DNA of 64,000 nt, counting the filler, from Stramenopiles sp. TOSAG23-3 (lineage: Eukaryota): the NCBI GenBank assembly GCA_900128585.1. It is 4 parts of 4 records of this genome, joined end to end, with 100 filler letters (N's around TTAATTAATTAA, not from the genome) between each part and the next. Parts side by side here need not be neighbours in the genome. Positions count along the whole stretch, not along the records: positions 1 to 16,598 come from LT642482.1; 3 more parts are not named here. The stretch is one strand, 5' to 3'. Under the pieces are notes generated by a model that worked only from the letters and a program-made list of their open reading frames with translations, did no database searches and was not told where the DNA came from. A program made the translations under genes and the position numbers. Of this stretch, positions 1-10,327 are shown piece by piece; the stretch's first letter is position 1; every line of letters starts with the position of its first letter.

Positions 1-411
1 AGAGAAGAGAAGAAGAGCTCTTCTTCTTACTCTTCAAAAAAAATTATTTTTGTCTATAATTATTACTGTATTATTATTATATAATAAATATTACGGTACA
101 GGTACCAAGTAGTACGACGTGTGGTGATGTGATGGTGGTGTATTAGTCTCTATTTATTATTATTATTATTTATTATTATTTTATTATTGTTTCTTCTCCT
201 CTCTTTCTTCTTGATTTTTAAATATCTATTCTATACTTATAAATTAAGAAGAAGAAATGAGATGATGATAGATAGTAAATGCTATTAATCAAAGGAATGT
301 TTGTGTGTGTCTCTGCGTATGGTCCATCATTCGTTCGTCGTTACAACAAGGTCCTCAACAGTTTTCCATCTACAAGGACAAGAGAAAGTTACAGTTAGTT
401 AGTTGAAATCA

Positions 412-1388
412 ATGAAGTCGGACGACGAGGACGGCTTCAACCCGATATCCGCGTGGGAAGAGAACACCGTGCACGAAGGCTTTACATTATGGCAACTGGA
501 ACAACCGGTTCGAAAGGCAGTTGGAGATGATCAGATGATTGAAGTGTCGCACAAACAGTTTAAAGATGAGTTCCAGTGCCCAATATGCATGTCAATACTA
601 CGAGACACGAGGGTTGTAATGAGCTGCCTTCACCGCTTTTGCCACAGCTGCATCGAAAGTTGCCTTCGACTGAACAACAACGAGTGCCCTCAGTGTCGTG
701 CCCACATTCCCAGTAGGCGGTCGCTGCGTGCGGACAAAGAGTTTGACCAATTGATCGAGCTCATTTTAGGAAATGTTGACCAGGCGGACGAGGAGGAGAT
801 GAAGTCCGTCCATCGTTTTAATAAGGAACGCCACGAGAATAACTCTTACTACAAGGCTGCAATGAAAGGCTTAGAAACGCAGATGCAGCATCGTAAACGC
901 CAGCCAGCGGAGAAAGAGGGAGGGGGCGAGGGGGGCAGTAGCAGTAGGGCAAAACGGCAGCGAAGGGCTCCAGCGTCGTCGTCGTCATCATCGTCGGCGT
1001 CGTCGTCGCGTGGTGCAAGAACTAGTCAAAGTGCGTCGGCCGCAAGGGCTGAAACGCAAAAGAAGGCATTCCTCGACGATCCGAACAACATACAGTTTCT
1101 ATTTCAGCGGCACCCGGACGAGACGAGAATCCCGAAGCTGGATCGTGAGTACATACGGACGTCGGCCAAGGTAACCATGTACATTCTAAGGAAGTATGTC
1201 GCAGATAAGTTGAACATGAAAGACGACATCGATTCATTTGAGATAAGTTTGCTGACGAAAGAGGATGGGGGCAAGAAAGTGTCCGTAGTGTTGCCGGACA
1301 AGACCACCCTGATAGACGCAGTCAAGCGTTGGGGGGGGGGGAGGGCGAGATTCTGCTTCGCTACCGGCTGACAGATTTGCCGAACTGA
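412..1388 (+). CDS. RING1/RNF2-like (PRC1-type) E3 ligase: C3HC4 RING plus C-terminal RAWUL-like domain; apparent frameshift in G11 run
   Basis: CPICMSILRDTRVVMSCLHRFCHSCIESCLRLNNNECPQCR followed by SRRSLRAD..FD.LI, as in RING1-family proteins. C-terminal YIRTSAKVTMYILRKYVADKL resembles RAWUL. Changing frame in the G run 1331-1341 gives EGEILLRYRLTDLPN* (stop 1386-1388), a typical RAWUL L.L.Y end. First ATG at 412. Confidence 0.85.
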
Positions 1389-1647
1389 GGAGGAGAGACG
1401 CCCGGGGGCACGGGTTGCATTTCACTGCTTTAGAGCGGCGCTTTTTTTTAACTCTTCGACTGAGAAAAATGTATTCAATACTTATACATTATATTTTATC
1501 AACTCGCNNNNNNNNNNNNNNNNNNNNNNNNNNNNNNNNNNNNNNNNNNNNNNNNNNNNNNNNGGTATATTGTGATTTGTTTTAAAAGCGCAACATCTTT
1601 CTCGCGCATCTCGCCACACTTCGTGGGCCCTGTTGTTGTCTTTCTTT

Positions 1648-2403
1648 TTACCAAACGATGCGGTAGGTGACGTACCTGCCGGCGGTCTCGCTTGGACGAA
1701 TAATTTTCACTACCTGACCCCGCTCCAGTCCAAAATACCGGGCAATTGGATCGTTTTCTTGCAACCGGGGCAACTGCGACTCCTTCAACTTGTACCGAAG
1801 CAATAATTCCGTCTTCTGCTCGCTTGAAAGGACTACATGTTTCGGCACCAGCTCGTGTTCGGTGATGTCGACCAAAAGTTCGGACTCTTTAAAATATTCA
1901 ATCTTGAACTTTTTGGAAACTGTTTGGAGCGACTGGCGGGCGTGTGGGGTTAAGCCGCCAGCTTGTACGATAAGGATGGAGCGTTGGAATCCTTGCTCTT
2001 CCATGAACTTCGATATCCTCCGAATGGGGTCCACGCCAACCTTAGCTTCTGTTGAAAATTCTACTTGGATTTTGCTGGTGTCGTCGTCCTGCTTGTTGGA
2101 CCAAATTACCAGACGGGACCGAATTTCTCCTGACCTCTTCGCACCAGTCCGGGCCCCTTCGTCGGTGTACTCGTCGTCCCCATACTTCATAATAAAGTCG
2201 TTATAAGACTGTTCAATGTTTTTGTCCGGGATAACATACCCACGCTTCTTAAGCATCTTTAATATTGTTTTGTGAATCCTGAAGAGCCGCTTCTGCTCTT
2301 CCGTCTTCCGTTTACCCTCGGCCGCGCTGGACGGCCCGCCGCCCAGTCCCGCGTCCACCTGCATCTCGACATCCTCCCCGTACTCTCCAACCATAGCAGC
2401 CAT
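1648..2403 (-). CDS. RPB5: DNA-directed RNA polymerases I/II/III subunit RPABC1
   Basis: LFRIHKTILKMLKKRGY and ELLVDITEHELVPKH...LPRLQENDPIARYFGLERGQVVKIIRPSETAGRYVTYRIV. Confidence 0.98.
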   Translation of the reverse strand: MAAMVGEYGEDVEMQVDAGLGGGPSSAAEGKRKTEEQKRLFRIHKTILKMLKKRGYVIPDKNIEQSYNDFIMKYGDDEYTDEGARTGAKRSGEIRSRLVIWSNKQDDDTSKIQVEFSTEAKVGVDPIRRISKFMEEQGFQRSILIVQAGGLTPHARQSLQTVSKKFKIEYFKESELLVDITEHELVPKHVVLSSEQKTELLLRYKLKESQLPRLQENDPIARYFGLERGQVVKIIRPSETAGRYVTYRIVW

Positions 2404-3840
2404 GTTCGTTTGCGTGCGAAAGAACGGTTGTTTTTAAGAAGAATAAGAAAATGTAAAAAAAGAAATAATATACTGAACAATCTCTTCGTTCCTTACTGTC
2501 CTAATGTATCGTCTGCTTTTTAAAATATTTATTGTTTCTTCACAATTGTATCTCATACACGCGCGTATATTTATTCTTTACTTATTATTTATTATTATAA
2601 TAATAATAATAATTATTTTTTTTGAGGAGGAGGATAATATGTGGCCATTAAATTCTTCTTCGTCTTCTTCTCTCTCTCTTCAAACTAATTCATTCTGCCT
2701 ATCTCTCGTCATCTATTTTAATATTATTATTAACACCATTCTATTTCCATTGCAAATGAATATAAACTAATTCTACTAGACTTACTACGAGCCCGTTCCA
2801 GGTTCCAGTTTTAATTAATACAATTCTTTTTTCATTTATAATCCTCTATCTATCAACACACAGTAGTCAGATAATATTGTCACAGTACCACGTCGTTTAC
2901 TTACTATTTCTCTATGAATATTATATTTAGACTAATAAAATAGTAGTTATTATGGAATTTGCAAACCTTGCCAACTACGTATAAGTACGAATATAGGGCT
3001 CTCTCTGTATATGGTAGAATATCATAGTTCGTGTTGATGTTAGGGTTAAGTATTCGATGGTCATCAGAGAAAAGAGAAAAGAGATTTTAAAACCATTCTC
3101 TTTTTATTAAAGCTAACTAACTAGTCCTATCTTAGTTATTATACTGTGTGTAGCCCACAGCCCACAGCCCAACTAACACAAAAAATGAAATTATTTATAA
3201 AAAATAAGGAATTGTTGTTGAAAATACAGTCGTCGTATTTTTAAATTATAATAAAAATTCCTTTTCTCTTCAATTGAACACCACCTCTGTGTTATTATTA
3301 TTATTATTGTCTAATAGTTGGTAGCTATAAATACTTAAACTAAAATTTTATAATAATACTATTATAGCAGTGTACATTATTTACTTCGATGATGATATAG
3401 TTTTTTCATTATTTTTTTTATCAAAATTACAGTATTTTTTATTCTTCTTCTTTTTTTTTTTATATTTTTTTATTATTATTGTATTTTCTTTTTTTTATCT
3501 ATTATTAATATTAATATAATAATAAATAACGGCAGCAGTATAAACACAGTGGGGGAGAGGAGGGTGGTTAACCATTTCCATTATTATTATTATTAATTTC
3601 AAATTGTTTTTTAGTTGTATAATATAGTATATACTATTTGTATTTTTTTTTATTATTATTATATATTTATTACAAAAATGAAATTAATGCATTTAAATTG
3701 CAAAGAGAAAGGAGGAATGAATGAATGAAAGAAAGAAAGAAAGGTAGATATGGAGATTGGAAAAAGTCCGCAATTTTAAGGAGAAAGGAGGAATACATAC
3801 GATTTAATACAGTTTGAAAGAGAGAGAAAAGTACAGGAGG

Positions 3841-5280
3841 ATGTCGTACGCACCGCCCCCTGCCCCCTCTACTACTGGGGTGACTGCCATGCCTTTGCCC
3901 CCCGAACAAGCAAAGAGCAGGGCTCTGCCACCACCTGCACCGTCAGCCCTGGGGTCGGTCGGGCTCCCGCCACCCGCATCGCTGGTCTCGGGGAAGCGGC
4001 GAGAGTTGCCTTTTCCCGTCTTTGGCGACGATGTTGATGTTGGGGTGTTTGAAGCCAAACTGTGTGTGGACGCCCGACGGTCCCCGAACAGCAAGGCTGA
4101 AGCGGCGAGCACCCCCGCGCAGAACACCCAAACCCCCGTCCCTGTAGGGCACACATCTTTTTCGTGGGGTGAAGGCTCGAAAGGGAGAGACCCGTGCGGT
4201 CATACCAAATTTTCGTGGGGTGCCAGCTCGTATGTAGCCAAACCTCCCCCCACGTCCTGGAAGAATTTGAAGTTGAAGGGTAACAAGTGCTTCAAACGAG
4301 GGGACTATTACGCGGCCCTGACGCAGTACTCCAAGGCTCTGGAAACGCTCTCCCGCCACCAAAACGGTCCCGATGGCATCGAAAACTGTGGAAAAGAAAA
4401 GTCCATGCTTCACCTGAATCGGGCAGCGGCTTATTTGAAGCTGCAACGCTACCCGGAGGCGGCCGTGGCGGCCCGAGATGGAATCAAATTAGACGAAGCG
4501 AACCCAAAAGCATGGTATAGGCTGGCGAAAGTTTTAGAGGCTCAGGGCACGGTCGTAGAGGCGCTCCAAACAATCGAAAAGGGCCTGAACGTGTTGGTAG
4601 GGACGGTCCACCAAGTAAATAGTGAACAGGACAGTGCCATACGGACACTGCAGAAGCTTTCAAACACATTACGGCACAAAATGGTTCATAAGATACACCT
4701 GTCCAAGTCCACCAAAGTGTCGCGTGTTCCCGCGATCAGCCAAAGCGTGCAAACGAAAAATTTAAGTAGACTGAACAGCACCATTTTAGGGTCGAACGCG
4801 AACGATGAAAATGTTGTCCCCGCTAGAGATCGCCCGACAAAAGGGCAGGCCATACGTCCCCATTTGCTGGCGAAGAGCAAAGGCAATTTTCCAGCGTGGT
4901 ACAAAGATATGTGTGGGAAACCCCCGAAACTTCCAGAAGGCTTAGCGTTGGAAAACATTTGCAGAGTTGAGGAGAAAGAAAAGGATCAAAAATGTGTGGA
5001 AGGACTCCAAGCAATTTACAAAATGGAGCAGTCGAAGTTTGCCCCATGCATTAAACGCTTGACTTCCGTGGCCAACGAATGTATAGACCCTAAGGACGTG
5101 GCTAAGATTACAAACCCTTTCGCGAAACACAACCGTGCAGTGTTTCAAATGGCGGCACAGAATTTAGCATGTGAGTACATGGCGACGGACAAGTTGCAGG
5201 TTGTTCAGCAGGAACTCAACGGGGTAGACCCGCTCGCTGCAAACTTAATCTTGGTTGCGGTGTTGAGGGCAATATCCTGA
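3841..5280 (+). CDS. TPR-repeat protein with Pro-rich N-terminus
   Basis: LKLKGNKCFKRGDYYAALTQYSKAL, LHLNRAAAYLKL and KAWYRLAKVL are three co-chaperone-type TPR motifs. First ATG at 3841. Confidence 0.8.
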   Translation: MSYAPPPAPSTTGVTAMPLPPEQAKSRALPPPAPSALGSVGLPPPASLVSGKRRELPFPVFGDDVDVGVFEAKLCVDARRSPNSKAEAASTPAQNTQTPVPVGHTSFSWGEGSKGRDPCGHTKFSWGASSYVAKPPPTSWKNLKLKGNKCFKRGDYYAALTQYSKALETLSRHQNGPDGIENCGKEKSMLHLNRAAAYLKLQRYPEAAVAARDGIKLDEANPKAWYRLAKVLEAQGTVVEALQTIEKGLNVLVGTVHQVNSEQDSAIRTLQKLSNTLRHKMVHKIHLSKSTKVSRVPAISQSVQTKNLSRLNSTILGSNANDENVVPARDRPTKGQAIRPHLLAKSKGNFPAWYKDMCGKPPKLPEGLALENICRVEEKEKDQKCVEGLQAIYKMEQSKFAPCIKRLTSVANECIDPKDVAKITNPFAKHNRAVFQMAAQNLACEYMATDKLQVVQQELNGVDPLAANLILVAVLRAIS

Positions 5281-5331
5281 AGACGATTTTTTAAAAAACT
5301 GAAGACGTTTTTTAAAAAAACTGAAGACGTT
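5278..5331 (+). repeat. Short tandem repeat, about 22 bp, 2.5 copies (TGAAGACG-T-rich-A-rich)
   Basis: tgaagacgattttttaaaaaac tgaagacgttttttaaaaaaac tgaagacgtt, overlapping the TPR gene stop codon. Confidence 0.7.
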
Positions 5332-6009
5332 AAAGGAAAGAGGAATGAAAAGTTGAGCCTTTGGGGGACAATCGTGGCGTTTAGCTGGCGCGAACAAAAA
5401 TATGATTAAAATGGGAGAGACATACGAATATGTCCTGGAAATCGCTGACCGGCTTAGCCGCTAAGGATCCCCAGAAGGTACACTTACATCTGTATGTGTG
5501 TGTATACGAACAGGAATCGCAATTTCCTGCTCTGCTGTGTTGTTGTTGAGTTGTCTGCTGCTTTTTCACTCATATACACAGTATTATATTATCCCGTCGG
5601 CTTTCCTACCCCCGCCACGTCACGCCTAACGCTGTATTCTTATTAGCTACGTATAGTTAATAAAATTTGTTCTCTTTCGCTCTCTCATCATCATTGTTCC
5701 GTTATTGGAGTTATTGAAGTGACTACGGTACGACGGGTAAAAAGACCAGGTACGCACCAACAAAGTGTGATCGTCTGGTACGAATTGATTTAAACCACCA
5801 TATATCCACCCCGCCGTGGGCTGCTTATTCTTATATTATACATGCACACGATTGAATGTTCACTCACATTCTAAAATTGTTGAATATATTACGATTTTAC
5901 CTCGTAGGAACAAAATATATTTACCTTTTCTCTGTGCACTTCTTACGCGTTTCTTTTTATAGTAGGTGTTTTAGTATTTTATAAATTGACGGTTTCTGGT
6001 GGCGGAAAG

Positions 6010-7900
6010 ATGGAGCGCAAGTATGCTCGTAGATCAAACATCAATTTTTCAATCAATCCAACAGAGCAGAAACCTCCGACCGTTTCGGTTGATGAAGCGA
6101 CATCTATCTTGAAAGTATTGCCCTCCGATCGACCGAAGGAAGACTTGGATGCGCTTGCCACATTCTTCAGGGAAAACAATGGACTGGCATCGTTCTGGAG
6201 AAAGTTCGGGCATAAAGATGACGTGAACATATCTTTGAAACTTGCTAGCGGTGTTGATTACTTCTTTTTGCCATTCAAAGGGACGCAGCTGTTTTCACCT
6301 GGTGATGCAGCCGCGCATTACTTCTATGTTCTTCAAGGCAAAATCAATATTGTTGCGGGGTTCCAAAACCGAGCAAGCTGGTGCGGTGACCAATGCCATC
6401 AACACAAAGTTAATTGGAATCCCAAAGTCGCTGTTCCTTGAAATATTTGGGAAAGACATGCTCCAAATCCAATCTGAGAGGATTGCCATCCTGAGAGGTA
6501 CAAAATTGTTTCGAAATTGGGAAATTTCAAAATTGAAGAAGATTGCAGCAATTGTTTACGAGAAGAAATTTATGCCGGGGAGCCACTTGGCTTTGGAGGG
6601 GCACAACATAGACAACCGCTCTTTCATTTACCTGATCATCCAAGGTGAAGTCGATATGCTGAAAGAGTTAAAACGTCCTGGCTCAGGGAAAAGCGAGGGG
6701 GTAAATATTAACCTCGCCACCTTATCTAATGGGCAAATGTTTTGTGGAGAAGAAATCATTAAAGGCCGCTCGTACCAAAAGATTTGCGATAGTTGCCTAA
6801 CTGACAGGGGGCAGTTTTCCACTCAAGTGTGGACTGCGAGCTTTAGAGCAACGATAGTTTGCCGTACCTTGGTGCTTTCAAGGCATGGGTTTTTTGAAAT
6901 GGCAAGCCAACATGCTCTCGATGCCCTTCGCGCTGCCAATCCGCCAATTCCAGATACCAAATTGCTGCATCAAATGTATTCTGAAAGCAGGAAATGGAAC
7001 CAATACAAAGAGCGGTTGCAAGCGGAATATTTTATGAAGATGAGTCCGAGCAAACGAGAGCGCATAAAAAAGCTGATGAACGAAACTGAGCGACAGATTA
7101 CGGAAGAACAGGCGGAGAATAGAGAAAAATTTGATGAAATCGAAACGATACACTTGCAAAATGAAAACAAAATTTACATGGGAGAGCTCCAGACTTACAC
7201 CAGCAAATCAAAAAGTGAACTCAAGCGGCACTTTAAGCAGTTTAAAAACATGGCCAGGTTTATGGCACTGACGTCGCACCATCGCCATCATCACGATGAC
7301 CACATTAAAAAGATAAGCATGCACGACGAGTTCGTCAACAGTCACGATTTCCCCAAAATTGATCGATACTTATCAGAATCTTACAGTACAATTGCAGAGA
7401 ATTTTCGGGGCAACGTGCACATCCCAAACGCACAAACTTACATCCAAAACAAGAAAAATCAAAAAGGAAAATTTGTACTGTCTTATAGGACTACTTTTAA
7501 AAATTCCCCCTTGCGTTCCGACGCAATAAAGAGTGGCAACGGTCTCGCAAACACCAAAGGTCGTTTCAAAAGCGATAAGCAAATAATCCATGAATTATAT
7601 AATCCAAAACCTCCGGCCAGGATCCGCTCTGGTCGCAAGACACAACAGGAACTAGATGAAGAAATTTCTATCCCTCCCCGGACAGTTCAGCGGAAAAGTA
7701 AGGTCTCCCCAAGGAAACGCAGGGGGGAAATATTTAAAAAGGCAACTATTACCAAACAATTTGGTCACGGCAGCCAACAATTTTGTAGCAATAGGGTTGC
7801 AAATCGTCAGTTTGTAAAGCAAGAAGCGCTTCAAAAAAAGAATTCTTGGGAGTGCCACCCGCGAAGAGTCCAGACCCCACCGGTCCCGCAAGGTCCATGA
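6010..7900 (+). CDS. Cyclic-nucleotide-binding domain protein (two cNMP-like domains); apparent +1 frameshift near 6357-6360
   Basis: Frame 1: LFSPGDAAAHYFYVLQGKINI. Frame 2: LRGTKLFRNWEISKLKKIA...FIYLIIQGEV...LATLSNGQMFCGE. The overlapping ORFs 5986..6441 and 6242..7900 join most simply at a GGGG run. Confidence 0.7.
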
Positions 7901-8262
7901 AGAAAAAAACCAGGGAAATAAGAGCCCCACGGCGCGGTGATTTAAAAGACTAAGAGTTTGGTGTATTAGTACACGTGAGTATCAAAAGCCAATTAAACAT
8001 ATTTTTCCATTTTTGATTTATTAGGGTATGAGGAAGCTAAATTTAATTACTTAAATAACAGCCAATTTTCTAGTTTTATATTTGTGAAGGTATATATTGG
8101 TAAAATGTTTTCATTCTTGGCTGTCAACCAAAATCAGATTTAATTGTTTTTCTTCGATTTCCTTCTGTCTCAATTTGTGCTCAACAGGTGTAAAATACAA
8201 TTTTTATTTTAAAATTTAAATTATATTAAAAGGAGAGAAAAAATTCCGCCAATTTTCTCACC

Positions 8263-9243
8263 CTACAGATGTGCTCGTCCTTTCCCAAGGTGCCATTGAA
8301 ACAGTTGAGCCCGCTTGGAAGGGTCGTTAAAGGCACTCAGAGCCCCTTGGATTAAGTCTGCAAGATACACTTGCGACTTTTTCGAAACCTGGTGGAACAA
8401 ATTATCAATAATATCGCACAACTTCGTGAGAGCAGTAGATGGTACCATTTCCAGTCCGTAAATCAGTATCGCTGCTAGAGTCTCCACCGTCTTTTCATCA
8501 TCCCCATACAGAGATTGAGTGTCTTTGGCGGCTGGAGTAGCCAAAGAATTTTCAGGTCCGCTGGATTGCATCACCTTCGCAAGACGCTGTGAAACCATTT
8601 CAAGGGCACAAATAGCTATCCCAACTTCCGGCCCAAATATATCCCCACCTTGCAAAGAACCTAAGATAGATCCAAATGTGATTGCTATATTTGTGGCGTC
8701 TAAACGCGCAGGGAACATTTCCACGCAAAGTTCTGCATAATGAAGAACAACTACCATTCGAAGGCTCACAGAGTCCGCGGACACGCCCTTCAGTTTTGTT
8801 GTCTCCTGATCGCTTTTCCCAGGACTAGGGCTGTTATCCCGGACTCGATGATCACGGCAAAATACGCGTAACAGCCGATGTGCAGTCTCCTTTATGTTGG
8901 CTGCGTCATTGCTTTCCAACTCAACAATCTTGAACAATGTGGGGAAAACCGTCGTGTGTATTTCGCGTGCCCCCATTACCATTATGCGCTCTGAGTCCTC
9001 GGTCGAAATGAAACTTTCCATGGTTTGATCCATCATGTCAGACAAGGCTTCCAAGTTCCCTTCGTTGGAATACACAAAATATTCAAACTCTTCCAAAAAA
9101 TGTCCAAGCTTTTCTATCTCCTCGGGCTTGCCAGAAATGGAGTTGACGACATGCTCCAAGTTGAACTCCTTGAATTTAGAAACCAAAGTCGAGGCTGTTT
9201 CTCGAGTGGTCCAGCTATCTATGAACCGGTTTCGAGATACCAT
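8263..9243 (-). CDS. Hypothetical alpha-helical (ARM/HEAT-like) protein, 326 aa
   Basis: Long ATG-started ORF with helical amphipathic pattern; no family recognised. Confidence 0.7.
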   Translation of the reverse strand: MVSRNRFIDSWTTRETASTLVSKFKEFNLEHVVNSISGKPEEIEKLGHFLEEFEYFVYSNEGNLEALSDMMDQTMESFISTEDSERIMVMGAREIHTTVFPTLFKIVELESNDAANIKETAHRLLRVFCRDHRVRDNSPSPGKSDQETTKLKGVSADSVSLRMVVVLHYAELCVEMFPARLDATNIAITFGSILGSLQGGDIFGPEVGIAICALEMVSQRLAKVMQSSGPENSLATPAAKDTQSLYGDDEKTVETLAAILIYGLEMVPSTALTKLCDIIDNLFHQVSKKSQVYLADLIQGALSAFNDPSKRAQLFQWHLGKGRAHL

Positions 9244-9262
9244 AATATCCTAAGTTAATTTC

Positions 9263-9469
9263 TCAATACGCTTTGGGCCCACGAATTCGTGATCTCATAT
9301 TTAGATGATCTTTACGGCAATACACAAACGCTGTGTGTAGTTTGGTGCAGTCGGCAGAGGTAGCTTTCTGACGCAAACACTCCCTAGCAGAGTTTCCAGA
9401 AGTTACACACGGATCTTTCTTCAGACAATCAATCAGTTGCTCCTTTATCTGATCGCAAGACTTCCCCAT
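9263..9469 (-). CDS. COA5: Cytochrome c oxidase assembly factor 5 (PET191 family)
   Basis: MGKSC..IKEQLIDCL..DPCV...RECL...C..L..AFVYCRK..LNMRSRIRG matches the Pet191 Cys spacing and C-terminal MR.R.RG motif. Confidence 0.88.
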   Translation of the reverse strand: MGKSCDQIKEQLIDCLKKDPCVTSGNSARECLRQKATSADCTKLHTAFVYCRKDHLNMRSRIRGPKAY

Positions 9470-10327
9470 AAAAACACAGTGCTCGATTGGAATTTCGAAA
9501 CGATAGGGAAATAGGTTTTAAATGTCGCTATCAACGTGAGGAATCGTAAGGAGTAACAAATAGGATAGGGGGATTTAGACTTATATATAAAAACTGTGTT
9601 AATGATGGACCATAATTATCAATATCCAAAAGGCAAATGGTGAAGTACACTTCTCAGTTGGAAATTAGAAATTGGAAATTGAAAATTGGGATTTGGGAAC
9701 TCAAATGTGCTGTCTTCTTCTTCTTTATTTATTTATTATTATTATTATTATTCTCGTCGGACGGAAGACGGAAGAAAGAAGAAGAAGAGAAAAAAAAAAG
9801 AAGAAGAAAGAAGAAAGAAAATGAGGTATTAATACCAGGTTCCCAGGTACCGGTATTATACCAGGTGATTCCAGGTCTGTACGGTACTACGGTATGGGAA
9901 ATCGATTAACATAATATTACAAGCTGTGTACCTATAGAAAATAAATTAGATAATAATAGAAAGGAATAATGCCGTTATTAATTACTAGACCGACTTTTTG
10001 GTTATTATTATTATTTACTATACGACTAATTGGCACTAATACGTATCCCATACCGCTAGTAGTAAAATAACAGCAGAACAACAACGACAAAAATAACTGC
10101 TGTTCTTTTTGCTTGCTTCTATATATTATTATTATTATTAATTATTATTTTCGTTTTGATTTAATAATGAGTCTGAGTTAACTTCGAGTAGTTAGCGGCC
10201 ACCCTGCAAACTAACAAATTTCTAAACCTGGCAAATTTTCCATTCGAATTGAACGAAACCCTGTTTTAATTCTAGTCGCCTGTCGGACACTCACTTAGTG
10301 GACAGTTTGCATGGTACAAGGGCAAAG

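Noticed and set aside
6352-6373. 22-nt GT..AG micro-intron that would repair the cNMP gene frame
   Set aside because: Poor donor (GTTGCG); the best-supported intron here (LSM12) is 202 nt with GTAAGT and CTAAC; a homopolymer indel is simpler.
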